Positions 30,218 through 44,929 of a DNA stretch of 64,000 bases are shown piece after piece. Within the stretch, counting starts at the first letter, position 1. Each line of letters begins with the position of its first letter. The translations under genes and the position numbers were made by a program. The DNA comes from Azolla caroliniana (taxonomy: Eukaryota; Plantae; Polypodiophyta): NCBI GenBank assembly GCA_043228905.1, contig JBHGNT010000003.1:24862001-24926000 (forward strand). The letters are read 5' to 3'. Under the pieces are notes generated by a model. It worked only from the letters and a program-made list of their open reading frames with translations. It was not told the origin of the DNA and did no database searches.

Positions 30218-32779
30218 AAAAAGTGTAACTAGTCATTGAAAGTAGGAAAAGAAAAATATAATTTTCATTTCTAGAGGATATACCTTAGCAGAAGATTATT
30301 TATTTGTATCATCAAAACATGAGAGTCATTACTTTTAAACTCATAAAATAGAGTAATTTTGAACAAAAATAATGCTTGACATTAGTTTGTTACAATTCAA
30401 TTGGCCTACTGAACAAGTATTCAATCTAAAATACAATACAGGAACATTTGTATTTACTTTGATACCCATTTCATGGTATGCACTAAAACAAAACCATGGG
30501 GGAGTAAAAAATAGAAACATTGGACAATGGCGGATGCTTCTAATTAACTAATTATTGACAAATCACCATATGTAAGAAATGGTGAGTGGGACATTTTTAA
30601 CGAGGAGATGATGGGTGCTATAGTAGGCCGACTAACCCTGAAAATGCGTGTAGGTCATGATCATCTAGATTGGGTCAATTAGACAATCATTTCACAGCAA
30701 ACTAATGGGCCTAAAGGACTCCATTATGCCAATAACATATGACTATATTCTTGATCAACGATTGGATACAATTGGAACTGCTCATGACTTTGTCTTTTCA
30801 TGTCTACTTGGACCAAATGTTTGTATATTGAAAACTTGTGCAAGACCCTCCTTGTTTGGAAGTGTAAGCATGGGCCATGGCTTCAATAATTTGAACATCA
30901 ATGGTTCCTTGTATTTTCCACATTTGTAGCATATACGATTGGAATTGTATACATATCCAAATTTATCCTTATGCAGATATGCACCAGATTGCATATGCTT
31001 CCTTTTCTTGAGTCAATTCCCCAAGAGACAAACATTGAAGAGATGAAATCCCACACAAAATGTCATAACCACAAGGGCATATGATGTCATCAATTTTTGA
31101 GCAAATACCATCATAAGTTATTCAAATAACCCAAAAAAATCCTAAGCACAAAAAATCATGACTACAAACAACTTCTATAAAACGTATATTGATCAATTGA
31201 AGTTCTTGCTTAGAATTTTGAGTGGCAATAATTCTTTGTGGAATTTCACTATTTGATAGACAATATGCATCATGGAATGAACTATTAAGATCAACAATGC
31301 AATTTTGGACAAAATGTGAAAGAAAAGGGAATTAAGGTCTTGATGGTGATAATTTATTCATTTTGATTTATTGATTTCATGTGATGAATGCTGAGTTTGT
31401 ACTTATTGTATTGCTCTGCACTTTAATCTATACAAGAAACATGAAGTTGTGTGTGTGTGTCGTATGTGCGTGTGCATTTGTGCATTAAAATAAGATTCAT
31501 CCAATGAGTTTATAATTGATGTGAGAGGCCGGTAATTATGTTGCCACTAAAGTAGGAAAGGAATAAAGGACTACAATGAATGAAGGAATATATTGGGCAA
31601 AAGGTTAGAATTTAGAGTGATGCAAAATTCCATTAGGCACATTGTTTTAATCTTTGGATAGAACGTATGTGTGACCATGTGAAGGTGTCCTCCATTTTCA
31701 ATAAATATGGTTTGGTTTGTTTCTCACAAAATTGCATGCCCCCTACTCTTCTTTTCTTTTCTGAATTCTTCGTCCACTTCATAATGGTTGTTTATAGTAT
31801 TATTTTTATTAAAACTATAGAACAATAATGAAGCATAGACTTGTATACAAATAGGCTACATAGTCATAGGGTGTTTAATGGAATCATGGAATGAATTCTT
31901 GAGAGATACACGTGGATTGTTAAAAGAAATGTTATATTAAATTTGAAGAGGATTTCTTCATCGCTTGATTATATGGCCCTTACTCATTGTTAAGCAAAAT
32001 AACATCATATTTTTTTTGTAAAATCATATTTTGTTATAATATCCCTAGAGGCATTAATGTTTCAGATTTAGAACATTGGGCATAGTCCGAAATGTATAAA
32101 AACATTGGGCATGTTTATGTTTAGAAGTTTGAATCAAGACTACTCTATAACATGTGGCATGGTGTATGCTTGATGGATGAGGTTGTGATGTGAAATGTAA
32201 TCTTTAGGGTTTCCAACTTGTCTAAAAGGCCAATGGCTCTCTATTCAAAACAACCTTTTGGTGCCCAATTTTGGGGTTACCTTATGGTTCTCATTCCCTG
32301 TCCCCTTTCCCACTATGAATCACTTTTGCCAATGTAGATTTTCAAATCTAATTATTTGAGATAATCATATTTATTTATCTATTTTATTTAATTGAACCAT
32401 CTATATTTCTTAATTATTATTATTTAATGGAATCATATTTCTTTATCTATTATATTTAATTGAACTATCTATATGTCTTAATTATTATCTAGTGTAGTGA
32501 TCGAGTATGTATTAACCATAATCGGAGGAAGTTGCCTATGTATATATCATCTTAAAGACCGGCATGGAAATATCATCACCCCTGGTCCTTGCCCTGACCA
32601 TTTCTTTTGTATATAGCACTCTGGGAGTTCAAAACACTATTTATGCTCTTGCTTGAGGCAACACATATACTTGACGGCTTGGGGGAAAGTTTGTTCACGT
32701 TTTGATTATGGGAATGATTTGTGTTTTAATGTGAGGTACATAATGATAATGTGTCTTGATGAGGGAATTGACCTTAGTT

Positions 32780-34178
32780 TTTTTTTTTTCCAAAAAAAAA
32801 CTCCTTCCATTAGTTATAAAATTTTAGAAATGGGATCATTATGTACAAATCCCTCTAGGGACATGATAGTTCCATCTTATGTGGATGCCCACTGACTCAA
32901 GAAAGGGAGAGGATGACCATTGTTGGATGAAGGCTATTCGTTGTCTTTCAACTCCATCAGAGCCGCCATTGAGGCCATCATATTGGCTCTTTAGAGTGGT
33001 TACAATTTCACTCCATATCTCTTGCAGTAACATTGTTGGATGCACGGTTTGGTTGGAGAAGACCCGTCTACACCGTTATTTCCATAGAATCCAGAGTGTT
33101 ATTGGGTTGACCAATTCCAATACAACTTGAGATTTGTCATTAAGAGGAGTTGAGTGGACATTGCTGTTGGCGGAGAAAAAAACCTCTTGTGCTTTTATCA
33201 CCAAAGTCCTCCCCTCCTCCTGATGCTCGTATCTGCCAACTAGGGTTTGCCAAGATAGCCAACATATATTACCCCACTTGATTGAGCCTTGCACCTGGCA
33301 TAATTGCAACAAGCAGCCAACCCCTAACCATATTCGATAGGACGCTAGGCAGTCCCATAGAGCATGTCGTATTGATTCTATTGTATTTGGGCACTCTACA
33401 CAATTAGGAGAGCTAAGGTTCCCATGTTGCCATGCTCCCATAGGTAGTGACTTATGTATTAATAGCCATTGGAATGTGGTAATTCGCCTCGCGTGTTGTT
33501 GTTTCCAGATTTTTTGCCAAAACTTGGTGATAATTGTGTGAGGAACTTGATATGTGTGCCAAACCTTTGCAGCAGCCGGCTCTCGGGCAGTTTGAGCAGC
33601 TAGGATGCGGTGACCCAATCTAGTTGTGAATTGGAAAAAAGGGATGGGTTTGCTTCCTTGCCCCGTCCCGTGTAAGGATCACGCCATGTCCATTGCAAAG
33701 GATCCCAACTGACATTACGGAGCCATGTGTTTTCATGAGTACATGAGTCAATCGGGTTGTACTTTGATCAGATCAGGGTCTACAATCCATTTATGACCAG
33801 TATATGCAAGTACTCAAATTGCGTTATTCTGTGTGGGCTCAGTGTCTCGCAATTCAGAGCCTTTGATCCTGTTTGGTGTTCCCCTACCTCTCGTGATCAA
33901 AGATCCCTCCTCCTCGTAGCCTATCCATTTCTCCATTGTCGGCCTTTGAGTAGCAACTTCCCTAATCAATAGTGTTAATGATTTTCGATCTCATAGTCCA
34001 TCCGCCCATGATTCCATGGAGTATGTTGGCTTGATCTTGTAGTGGCAATGACATAAACCGTCTCCAACATTCTATACTTTTTCCTGGGCCTTCTGCAATG
34101 TATCCCCATGACAACCCCTTACATGATCCAAGTAGTTGATTAGATTAATCCTTGATACATGGGTTCCATAGGATACGT
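32780..34178 (-). mobile_element. 5'-truncated L1-like LINE (zf-RVT region) with poly(A) and a 20-bp target-site duplication
   Basis: ORF 33076-33618 has FWQKIWK..FQWLLIHKSLP..CVECPNTIESIRHALWDC..ITLWILWK. Poly(T) at about 32778-32789. Perfect direct repeat TGAGGGAATTGACCTTAGTT at 32760-32779 and 34179-34198. Confidence 0.9.
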
Positions 34179-35149
34179 TGAGGGAATTGACCTTAGTTAT
34201 GAGTGACTAGATGAGACATGAAGTGATGTTTTGAAATATTTGTAAGTGGGAGACTTGAGTCTTGCATAAAAGCTCTTATAATATTTGTCACCATATGGAT
34301 ATCAATATGTAATAGTGAAGGGTTTTGTCATTTAAGTTCTTCTAATATTATAAACGTATCATTACATTTGGCGGGAATTTGGGGAGGGCATGTTTGCCCT
34401 CTTGATAGAGCAACTTTGAAAAGATGCAAAATATGTTCATATGATGTCATATTGGGGTCAAGTACTCAATTGTGCTCCTCAAAATGGGAGTTTAAACCAT
34501 GGTATGGTCTTAGAATTTAGAATGGAGCTTGGAGAGGCTTCGTTAGAGCAACCAACACGTGCATACTTTGTTGCAATAAGGAGATCAAGGATAAGGAATA
34601 CATCAAACTATGATGTGAAGCATTTACTTAGTTATCATTTGGCTAAACCCTTTGTTGTACTAATGAGTTCAACTCTCTTGTAAAGTTATTTTTCTATCCT
34701 AGAGGACATTCTTGATGATAATAGTTCACTATCATCTAGTAGTTTAAGCTCTTCTATATGTAGATTTATAATGAGCATATTCAAAAACTGAATGGGAGAA
34801 AGATATGACTATGTTTCTTTGGTAAAACCTAGGTATCAAAACAAAACCACCTCCTACTTGGTGCTTATGGAGATGAAGATAAGGTTCATTGAAATTAACG
34901 CTATCATGAGGGTCTATGCCAAAGTTATAAAAATGAAGGAAATGTGAGCATATAATTTACAATTTACAGACATGGAAATGCAACCTCAAGATTTCAAAAA
35001 CTAACAAAATAAAATTATGTAATCTAGTCATGCGTAAGTCTTTAAATGACCAGGTATAATTTGTTTGGGATTACTCATAGAAAATATGCACATGGTAAAC
35101 ATCGAGTTTCATCTTTTGAACAACGTAACAACAAAATGTGAAGCATGGA

Positions 35150-35450
35150 ATAGGACAATCAAACTATAACAATACCATCCCCTTTTAAACGGCAGGTGTT
35201 AGGACACTTATTGAGAGATGTTCAAACATGACCAACCCCACCTTTTCATCCCCATAGCCTCCTAGGATAGAAGAGCGATCATGCTCCTCAAAACATGTAA
35301 CCATGAACCATTCATTAAGAATGAAATGTGGCAATTCCTAACTGAGGACCAAACATGCACATCATGTTGGAATCATGAGATTGAGGATGAAAAACATTTC
35401 ATACTCAATGCATTGTTAATATAATGGTATAGTTCCCATCGCTCACCACA
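35150..35450 (+). mobile_element. Highly degraded RTE-like C-terminal remnant
   Basis: QTCTSCWNHEIEDEKHFIL matches the CxxC...E-E-H motif. Confidence 0.45.
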
Positions 35451-38400
35451 CACTGCAACCACCTCTGAAGAAATGACAAATAGTGAGAGGAAATCCTATT
35501 TTTTAGGAACCCCCTTCACTAGAGGATAATCCTATCATGTAAGTATTTTGGCATCATGCGGACAATAATACACCCTCTCTCTCTTTGCTGGGAGCAATCA
35601 TGTGGTGAGAATTGTTGATGGTTACCTAAGAGAGTTATGAGTATAGTTTAAGGAACATCGGTTGTTGGAGCAAGTTCCTTTCATTTGCATCATGAAATTG
35701 CAAGCCTCTTGTCCTACGAGCCCAAAGACTATATAATCTTATCGTAACTTCTCATTTACAAGCTTCTTATTTTTGTGCAAAACTTTACACCATCGTAACG
35801 ATAGATACATACCACCATTACATAGTTAAAGAACAAAAAAACAAGACAATATTTCAATATGATCTCAAAAATTGAGATTTTCTCTTTCCTTGATTATGAC
35901 TATATGCACAATTGCTCGACCAACCACCAACCCACTTCTGTATAGTCACATAATGGAAATAATAGACACAAATGGTTTTTGCTTCTACGACTTTATTTAT
36001 TCGTCATGGTTAAATTACTTACTAAGTCTCTCCACCCAAAAGGCTTAGTTGTTCCATTTGGGACCATGCAATTAAACAAATGCATTTTCTACATTGATTT
36101 GTTGATCACACTAAGCATGATACCTTATACATGGATGGATAAATAAGGGTTTTATTTATTTTTGGAAAAAAAGGAGGGTTTTAAACAAGTCTTGGTGGGA
36201 CCAAGTTTTGAAAGCCATTTAGTTTTAAGGACAATATGCGTACACTCTTTCCATTTTTATTTTTATTTTTGTTTTTTGTGTTGTTTTCCTTTATTGATAT
36301 TATGGACGTGTTCTTGATAGGAACAAACACACACTCCCTACATGGCCCATGGAAAAAAAAACACCACCACCTCTATTCATTCTTCTTTATTCAATCAAAC
36401 AAGGAGCACATGGAGCATATGTATGCACATTGCATTTATGGGCCAAGCACAAATACATTTTTCCCCCTTAAACGCTTGGGAAATCACATATTAATGGAGC
36501 AAGCAAAGTAGTGTAATGGAGTTTTTAAGTATGTATGTTGAGGTAAGTGCGAAGTATACATAACAAGCATGGTGTACAAATAGAAGTTTCAAACGGGGTG
36601 CGAAAATGTACTAGTAATTATCAAATAGGGGATGGTTGACAAGAATCTTTTTCTGGTTAGGATGATGGTAAAGCGGAGGGGGTAAGAGCCATATTGCGAA
36701 TTCTAAGAAAGATTCTTGCTTAATTTTTCCTGATTGGTAAGGATAGTAGGGTAGGGTATCGAACCAATAATTTATTGCTACCTTGCCGCGTATCGAAAAA
36801 ACAATGATAGTGAGCACACACACTATATATATTGCCTTCTATTGAAAAAGTTATGTTGCATTCATTACCTTACATAAAATATTCCAATACTGTTAATACG
36901 TCAATCATCCCGAGCATTTTATCAAATACCAAAGATCAAAATATTGAGATTTGCAGATGTTAGTTTCTAGCAAATGAGCTTTATTAAATCCTCTAAATGG
37001 TACATGCAACACGAATTACCATGATAACCCTCAAGGTTATAGTAGAATGTCGATACGATTTATCAAGTTGCAGTCTTAAACCGTTGATGTTCTTGATGGT
37101 TATATGGTGTCTGTAAAGGTATGCCACATGAACACGCACGTCGATGGTGAAGACGATTGAACAACGTCAAGAACCCCACAACCTTCCGAGTTCTCGTAAT
37201 AGCAGACGTGTTGCTTGTCATGAATGTGTGTTTCCTAGAGCCAACATTTTAAGCGTTAATGGTGTTGAGTGTCGAGACTCTTCTTCTTGTGATACATTGT
37301 TAATCCCCATTTTTCTGTTAGGAATGTTATTCATTGTGGGCAACACAATTCTTTGGATCGGGCTTGATGACAAATTATGAAAGCCTCAAAAATGCTATTT
37401 TCACTTCAAGTTTTATGCATTCTTGTGCTTTAGTTACATTCTCATTTCAGGTGGGTTGAGAGATATATTTTTTATTGCATTTATTTGATGGACATTTACT
37501 TGTCACTTTGCTAATCATGAATGCTTGCATCCACACATGACGTAAGAATGGCTCAAAAAAGTCTTATATTAACGTACAAAAAATAAGAGCGATCATTTCT
37601 TAGAAGCTACGACGAAAACACGATGCCTTTGGTGTCATAAAATATTGTTATAAGTGTAAAACCCAATTTTCATATAAACATGCGATGATGAGGCTTGAAC
37701 GAAATTTTGTGTTTCCAATTGCAACGGATCCGTTCATATATATGCATGGGTTTGCAAAAAAAAAATTGGGTGTATTATGAGGACAAGTTCCCATTATTAT
37801 AGCATCTCAAGTACATACTCATCCAATGGCCTTTATAGTTGGTAGGTTTGTGACACACTGACATGTATATGATGTTCGTTTTTAGTTTGGCTATAGATTC
37901 TAAATCATAATGCTTTGTAGTAACTCAATCTGAATAACAAACAATCATACTCTTGCCAAAGCAATAATATCAACACTAATTCAATTAATCTACAAGGAAA
38001 TTTCTTATTGCACATAAAATTATAATGAATATAACAATTAGAAAAGTTTGCGTCTTTACAACAAACTTGATGTCAATTAGAATACCATTGGGTGTTGGAT
38101 TGGTGGTTTACATTGTGGCATCCAGGTCATGCATTTGAAAGAATGTATGTTTGATTCCACATGGGCTTGGCCTTTGTCTCACGAATCATGTTGGTTTCAT
38201 AAGGAAATCAATATATCTAGTTGCCAGATGAGACAACATTTTACGACATAATCTCTTGTTCAATCTCATTGGCCATGTTGGCCTCTTATTGATGTTTCGA
38301 TAACTTTCTTGTCCTCTCCAATCAATCGAGAAACTTCATCTTGACAAAAGTCAATAAATTCTTAAAAATACAAATACTTCATTGACAATGTCAAATTCAC

Positions 38401-39098
38401 ATTCGGTAGAACAATCAAGGTTTTGCTACTAAGCAACAAATGCTAACAATAGTAACGTGTCTCATAAAATGAATAAATGACTAAAACCATAACGTAGTTT
38501 GTGTTCTATCTATTGATGAATACAATTTAATTTAATCTAGATGAAATAAGAAGTGCTCAAAAATATTGGATTGAGAATCATTAACTTGATAGAGATATTT
38601 GATGCATTGTTGGAAGCTTTGTTGAGGCAAGATAGCAGACACTTACAATGGACAACAACGCCAATGACCGACGGTCTCAAATTACGTAACCGATCGATTG
38701 ATCGATCACATGCTTCATGTGTGGGGAGCAATGCGTGTCTCGAGTAATAAACAAGATTGATATGAAGCATGAAACGCTTCATGTGGGGGGAAGGAGCAGG
38801 GTATTATGGATCAAATTAATGATAGGCAAAATAATAAGAGATTAAGGGTTCTTAGCCACATTGACCACCCTTGAGCAAAGGATATGAGATAACCATACCA
38901 CTGAATATCACCTTATGCTATACCTTGGTTGTTGAAATAACAGATCTAAAGCAATGAGCTTGGCCTCACCAATAGAGTCTCAACAAACATCTCAAGATGT
39001 AGAGCAATGAAGGGGAGTACTAGGCTTGCTTTTACAGAGCTCAACACTTAGAGGCTCCTAGACTAGGCCACCCCACGTGCTCCCAACGTGTGACAAAG

Positions 39099-39210
39099 TC
39101 CATCTGGGTTTCTGTCCTAGCAGTTCCTAGGATGGCCACTTTCCTGATGGCATGTCATAGATCCATCTGGGTTTTGTCCTAGCAGTTCCTAGGATGGCGA
39201 CTTTCCTGAT
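39099..39210. repeat. Duplicated block of about 49 bp
   Basis: TCCATCTGGGTTT(C)TGTCCTAGCAGTTCCTAGGATGGC.ACTTTCCTGATG at about 39099 and 39162. Confidence 0.8.
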
Positions 39211-39391
39211 GATCCTACTCTTAAACCCGTTACAATCAGCTACAGGATCGGTTTGCAGAGGTAATGCATACTGATATAAAACGGGGGAGGCTCCCCATGG
39301 TCAGAAGAAGGCTCTTGTGGGCGGTCATTCTTGGGTGATGGACATACACGATCCATGATGGACCCGATCACAAAGCAACCAATGAGACCCT

Positions 39392-39393
<2 letters not shown>

Positions 39394-39444
<51 letters not shown>

Positions 39445-39624
39445 CTCCTCCTGATTCTCCTTCATGAACAACTAGATCACAGATGAAGTCATCATCATCA
39501 TCAAAAGGGAGAAGTTCAAATGGTATTCAACTCTCTTTCTTTCTTTCTTTCCTTCCTTCCTTCCTTCTTCTTCTTCTTCTTCTTCTTCTTCTTCTTCTTC
39601 ATGCATTGTAGGAGAGAGAGACTC

Positions 39625-39662
<38 letters not shown>

Positions 39663-39960
39663 CCCCATCCATTCATTCTATTCTTCCTCCTCTTTCGCCA
39701 CTCTGCAGCCATCATCATTCTCTCTCTCTCTCTCTCACACATTCTCTCTCTTGACTTCCTCCTCCTTCCTCTTCTTCTTCTTCTTCTTCTTCTTCTTCTG
39801 CTTCTGCCATCGCCCACATCCAAACTAAGCTCGAATCCTCGGTTTTTCTCTGCTTTCCGATCCAGCCTATCCAGACACTCTCTTGAACATTCATCATCCC
39901 TCTCTCTTTCTCTCTGAAAAAGCTTCAAAATTTAACCTAATCTCTCTCTCTCTCTCTCCA
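39394..39960. repeat. Microsatellite cluster, (CTA)n, (TCT)n, (AG)n and (CT)n, in the promoter/5' UTR of the CID gene
   Basis: (CTA)n 39394-39443, (TCT)n about 39565-39600 and 39770-39800, (AG)n about 39610-39660, (CT)n about 39720 and 39941. Confidence 0.9.
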
Positions 39961-39980
39961 TCGGAATTCTAAGAATTTCT

Positions 39981-42900
39981 ATGGCTATAGTAGACTCTTC
40001 TTCTTCTTCTTCTTCATCATCATCATCAACATCATCATCATCATCAACATCTTCTAGGATTTTTGATTCCTCTTCCTCTCCTTCCGATATAGGAGACTCC
40101 CCTCCAACAAAGCACACGGAGGATCAAAGCCCCCATCTGGGGAAAAATCCCAATTCAGACCACAACTCGAAATCGGAAGATGATGAGATTCAGAAGAAGC
40201 CCAATTATGAGGATGGATCGAGTCCGGATCATGGGTTTGAAACCGAGATTCCCAATGGTTTTGTGACTGGGAATCTGTCCGAGAGTGTTCCAAATAGCGA
40301 TTTTGTGTCCGAGACTCAGAATTATGGGTCTGGGACTTCTTCTACTGGGTCATTGTCTTCAGAAGGTGGACACGAGAATGAAAATGAGACCACGGAGAAG
40401 GAGACTGAGAATGGGTTTCATAATCATAGTCATCATCACCACCACCACCACCATCATGCACCCACTATGCAAGAGCTCGTAGATTTCTTCTCGAAGCTCA
40501 ACCCACATGCGAAAGAGTTCATCCCACCCTTGTCTCATGCCAATTCGGAAGAGATTTCACCCGAGAATGCCAACAAAGCTAACAACAATCGCAAGGTTAG
40601 CTATGATTCCAAACAGTTGTTTTCTTTGTATATACATCATTAAAATCCTATTTCTTTTGATTGTATATCTATTGTGTTTTAACATCCATCTTATATAGCA
40701 TTATACACATATTTGGATTTGACGTATACACTATTTAATTGTCACTGAACTAACACAAGAGAAGCCAGATAAAGCTCTGTAACCTCATAAAGAACATGCC
40801 GACTGTGGTTATTGTAATTTACTAGATCAAATGTTGGTGCATCTGCATTATGTTTTGCCACCCATAATATTGCATAGAAGTATACACATTATTGAATTGA
40901 GGAAACATATTGTTTGATTCTCACCAAAAAACCCGCAAGGAAATCTAATAAATTTAAGCAACCAGATGATAAAGAACATATCAGTGTGGTTTCTATAAAT
41001 GTGCATCCATGAAAATGAATCCTGATTATCCGTTGGTCTCATCCCACACATAAGTGAACTTGAGGATTAGATTCTTGCCAAAAAGGAAATTGAGGAATAG
41101 TACAATGCTATTATTGGCATAATGTGAAAACGAGGGGTAACATGATTCAATTATAGCCGGAAAACCACAAGGGAAATCTGGTAAAGTTTGGCAGTATATA
41201 ACATATCATTGTGGTTTGCATACCTATGCACCAATATAATTTCTCTTTCATTATTCTTTAACAGCTGCTTTTGATGGTTGTATGCACATGACCCAATATT
41301 GTGTAATAACATGATTCTATTGTAAAGTGAAGTTTTTAAAAACAATATGTAATCCATCGCATTACATATGGGCATCTGAATAAGAGGAACACATTCTTAA
41401 CTTAAACCAGTCTGGCTTCTTTAACAATGCCCTGGTGGAAATATTATCTATATCAGTTATTTGGTTGTAAATAACTATGAGTTTGGAATTTGAATAAACT
41501 TGCCTATGTAAATTAATCATTGCATCAGATATGGACTTCATAGTGATCAGTCAATCCATGTGTAATTTATGGGCTTCCTAATGAAATATAAGGAGGTATT
41601 GCAAGTCTATGCATTTTTGTGAGGTTAACTAAGAAACCCTTCAATCTTACTCAATGTTGGGATTGTATTTTAAGTTTTGTGAGACATAGAATTTCAATTT
41701 AAACCACCATGTGCAACTCATTTATCCTCTATGAGTTTCTTAATGAGAGGTGAAGTACTATTGCAAGTGGACAATTTTCATGAGTTTCACAAGGCACTTC
41801 ATTAATATTATCATTTGTTTTTGTATACTGTGATCATATTTAGCTTCATAATTTCGTCACAAATCTAAACTCAATTTGAACTGGTAAATGTTCTACTATT
41901 TACACTAATATCACATATTTGGTTTTATTAATGTGAGTGTCATGACTGATATATGTATAGAAGAAAAATGGGTATGGTACCAAAAAGCGCAGTGCCAATA
42001 GCAGATTGCATAGAGCCCAATGGGACGATAGCATTCGCCGGACAGTTTATGTCTCTGACATCGACCACCAGGTGCGGACAACGTCCTAAACTTGTCAGAT
42101 TCTCATATTAGCTCTTCTCTTTGCAACATTCATACATTAGAATTGAAAATTTCAAATGTTTGATATATGCATAGAAAGTCAACATTATGATAACATTATG
42201 AAGGTGCAATCCTCAAAATTTGCATACTTCTTGATAGAAGAACTGACTTTCACTTTTAACTCAAAATGAATGGCAGGTCACGGAAGAGCAGCTTGCAGCT
42301 CTCTTTCTTTCATGTGGACAAGTAAATCCTGTCAATAGCATGCTATGTTATGATATCAATTCACCTGATTGGATGTTTCATAGCTGATTTATTCAGTGAA
42401 TTCTTTGACAGGTTGTGGATTGCCGTGTGTGTGGAGATCCGAATTCTGTTCTTCGTTTTGCGTTTGTAGAGTTCACTGATGAAGGTGAGCAATAATATCT
42501 GATGTGATAATATATGGAACGCGTTGCACATTTAGAAACATTTACTTTACCTCTTATATGTACTGCTAAATATGATTACCTTCTCTTTTCCGCTCATGGA
42601 ACTTTTTATAAGTTGGTACTCCCTTTAGAATTAGGCCACATGGAAATTCTGAGGGATTAAGCACAGTTTTTATTAATAAGACCTGTTAAAATAGAAGAAG
42701 AAAAGAAACATTCACATTATACATTTGGTGCTTTTGCTTTTCCAAAGACGGAGCTCGCAGGGCACTTAGTCTTGCTGGAACAATGCTGGGCTTTTATCCT
42801 GTGAGAGTTTTACCCTCTAAGACTGCCATAATACCAGTAAATCCTACATTTTTACCTCAGGTATATTTTGAACTTCTAAAGGCACTAGGGACTTACACAA

Positions 42901-44929
42901 GTTTTTTCTCATATTGTCCTTGAGACTGCTTGTGTCAAATATGTATGCGTCCTTTTTGCAGTCTGAAGATGAACGTGAGATGTGTGCAAGGACCATTTAT
43001 TGCACAAATATTGATAAGAAGGTAGATGTTTGTGTTCCAGTGCAGTATTGTTTGGATTTCTTTTATCATGTATTCTAATTGTCTTAGATTGGGGGATCCA
43101 AAATTATTTCTTGTAGATATCACAGGCAGAGGTCAAGCTATATTTTGAAAGCGCGTGTGGCAAGGTGCTTTATGTAACACACTTAGTGATTGGGGTTGTC
43201 AAGCAAGTAGATACATACATTTAATACTGTCTTTTGTTTGTTTAGGTTGCACGGCTTAGACTGCTTGGGGATCATCGCCATTCCACACGCATTGCTTTTG
43301 TTGAATTTGTCATGGTATGTATCACAAACTAGTTCTATTTTGTGCAATAAGAATAATGTGAAATATGTATGTATTTAAATCTTGTGACCTGGGATAGTCC
43401 CATGAGACATGAACTATTGAAATTTGATGACAATACTCTGATTTATGTCATGCATAACCTATGGCAACTACTGTGCCCATATGTGTCTATTCTTTTTTGC
43501 CTGGATTCAGAAGTATTTATGTATGGAACATGGTAGAATGCAAGGTTTTGGTATATGACCTCTTCCTTACTAATTCTCTTCTTCTGATTATCAAAGAAAG
43601 ATGTTTCTATATATCATAGAGCGTGACAATTGTTTCTGGTTGGTCATGCTGAGTGGGGTTGTGGAGTCACATGCATAGATTCCATTTTTCGTGGACCTGG
43701 TTCTCTAGGGTTTAAGTTAGTCGTTGCCCAGAGTTAAGTTTACTCAATATCTAGGGTTAAGTTATTGAGAATGGCATGTAGCATCCCAATTCCATACTGT
43801 CAAGCACCATTCTTTGTAACGCAAGGTGTTCACTAGTTCCCATCTCACAGGGCATGGCAGTTTTTCCAATTTTTGTGGTCATGTTAGATCATACCAAAAT
43901 GTGGTTGTGGAGCCAGATCCATAAGCTTCAATGTTCCGTGCATGCCTTGAATCCTACGGTTAAGCTATTTCGTCGGCCATCCATTGCATCTAGTGTCCCA
44001 ATTCTGTACCACCAAGCATCATCTCTCTGAAGCTTTACATGCCATTCCTTTGCCTCTCCCACGATCCTCACAATAAAAGTTTAGGTTTCTGTATGTAGAT
44101 TCACTTAACTTCCTCTTAAAGCTAAACTCTTGTTAACTCGAGTAATTTAGCCCTAAAGCCCGAAACATGGGGTATTTTCTGGCCCTTTTTGCAAGCCAAC
44201 TCAGTTTACAATGGTGAAACGTGCTTAAGGCTAAATATACATAATGTGGCAATCAGGATGATAGTAATTTAAATTTTATGCTCTCATGTGAACAATATCT
44301 TGATGATGAAAAAGTGAACTCTGAACAAAAAGATATTGTGTGGATGCCTGATTGGTCATGTGGGAAGACTCTTCAAAGTAAACCAAATGTGAGGGCAGAA
44401 ATGTAGCATGACACAAGATGTTCACGTTGTCCTTATGTGATTTTGTCCATGAAAAAAGTATGTGTAGTATATATCTGGAAAATTTTCAAAACAATGACAT
44501 TGACAGTTTTTGCCTGCCCTAAGAAACATGGAAATAAGCATAATTTGTTTAGGCACATAACATAATCAATAAAGTGATGTGGAAGGAATATAATTTTCTT
44601 TCTTTTATCTATTTTATTTTTTATCCACAGGCTGAAAGTGCTATAGGTGCTCTGAATTGTAGTGGTGTTTTGCTAGGTACACTTCCAATCAGGTAATTGT
44701 GTGTTATCATATGAAATTTCTACCTTAACATTTCTCTCTTTCATCAGAATTGAACTCCTGAATCTTTGCTTAAATGTGAGGGCTCCATAGTACTAGACCA
44801 ATCTCTCTGCTTGTGTCAAAAGTTAAAACTATTATATATTAAGCCATATCCAACTTGTTTTTGTTTTGCAGGGTTAGTCCATCAAAAACTCCGGTAAGGT
44901 CTTGCATGGCAAGGCCATTCTTCATGTAA
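39981..44929 (+). CDS. CID: Polyadenylate-binding protein-interacting protein (CID8-CID13 family: PAM2 motif plus two RRMs), about 417 aa
   Basis: Exons 39981-40595, 41961-42071, 42277-42321, 42412-42484, 42748-42860, 42962-43021, 43117-43164, 43246-43314, 44631-44692, 44872-44929. PAM2 motif SKLNPHAKEFIP. RRM1: RRTVYVSDIDHQVTEEQLAALF..VVDCRVCGDPNSVLRFAFVEFTDE. RRM2: RTIYCTNIDKK..RLLGDHRHSTRIAFVEF..PIRVSPSKTPVR. Confidence 0.95.

Noticed and set aside
37040-37450. Possible hAT dimerisation-domain remnant
   Set aside because: Only a vague SSPSTC..W resemblance amid many stops.
39472-40293. Poly-E, poly-R and poly-F ORFs around the CID start
   Set aside because: Microsatellite or antisense shadows of CID exon 1.
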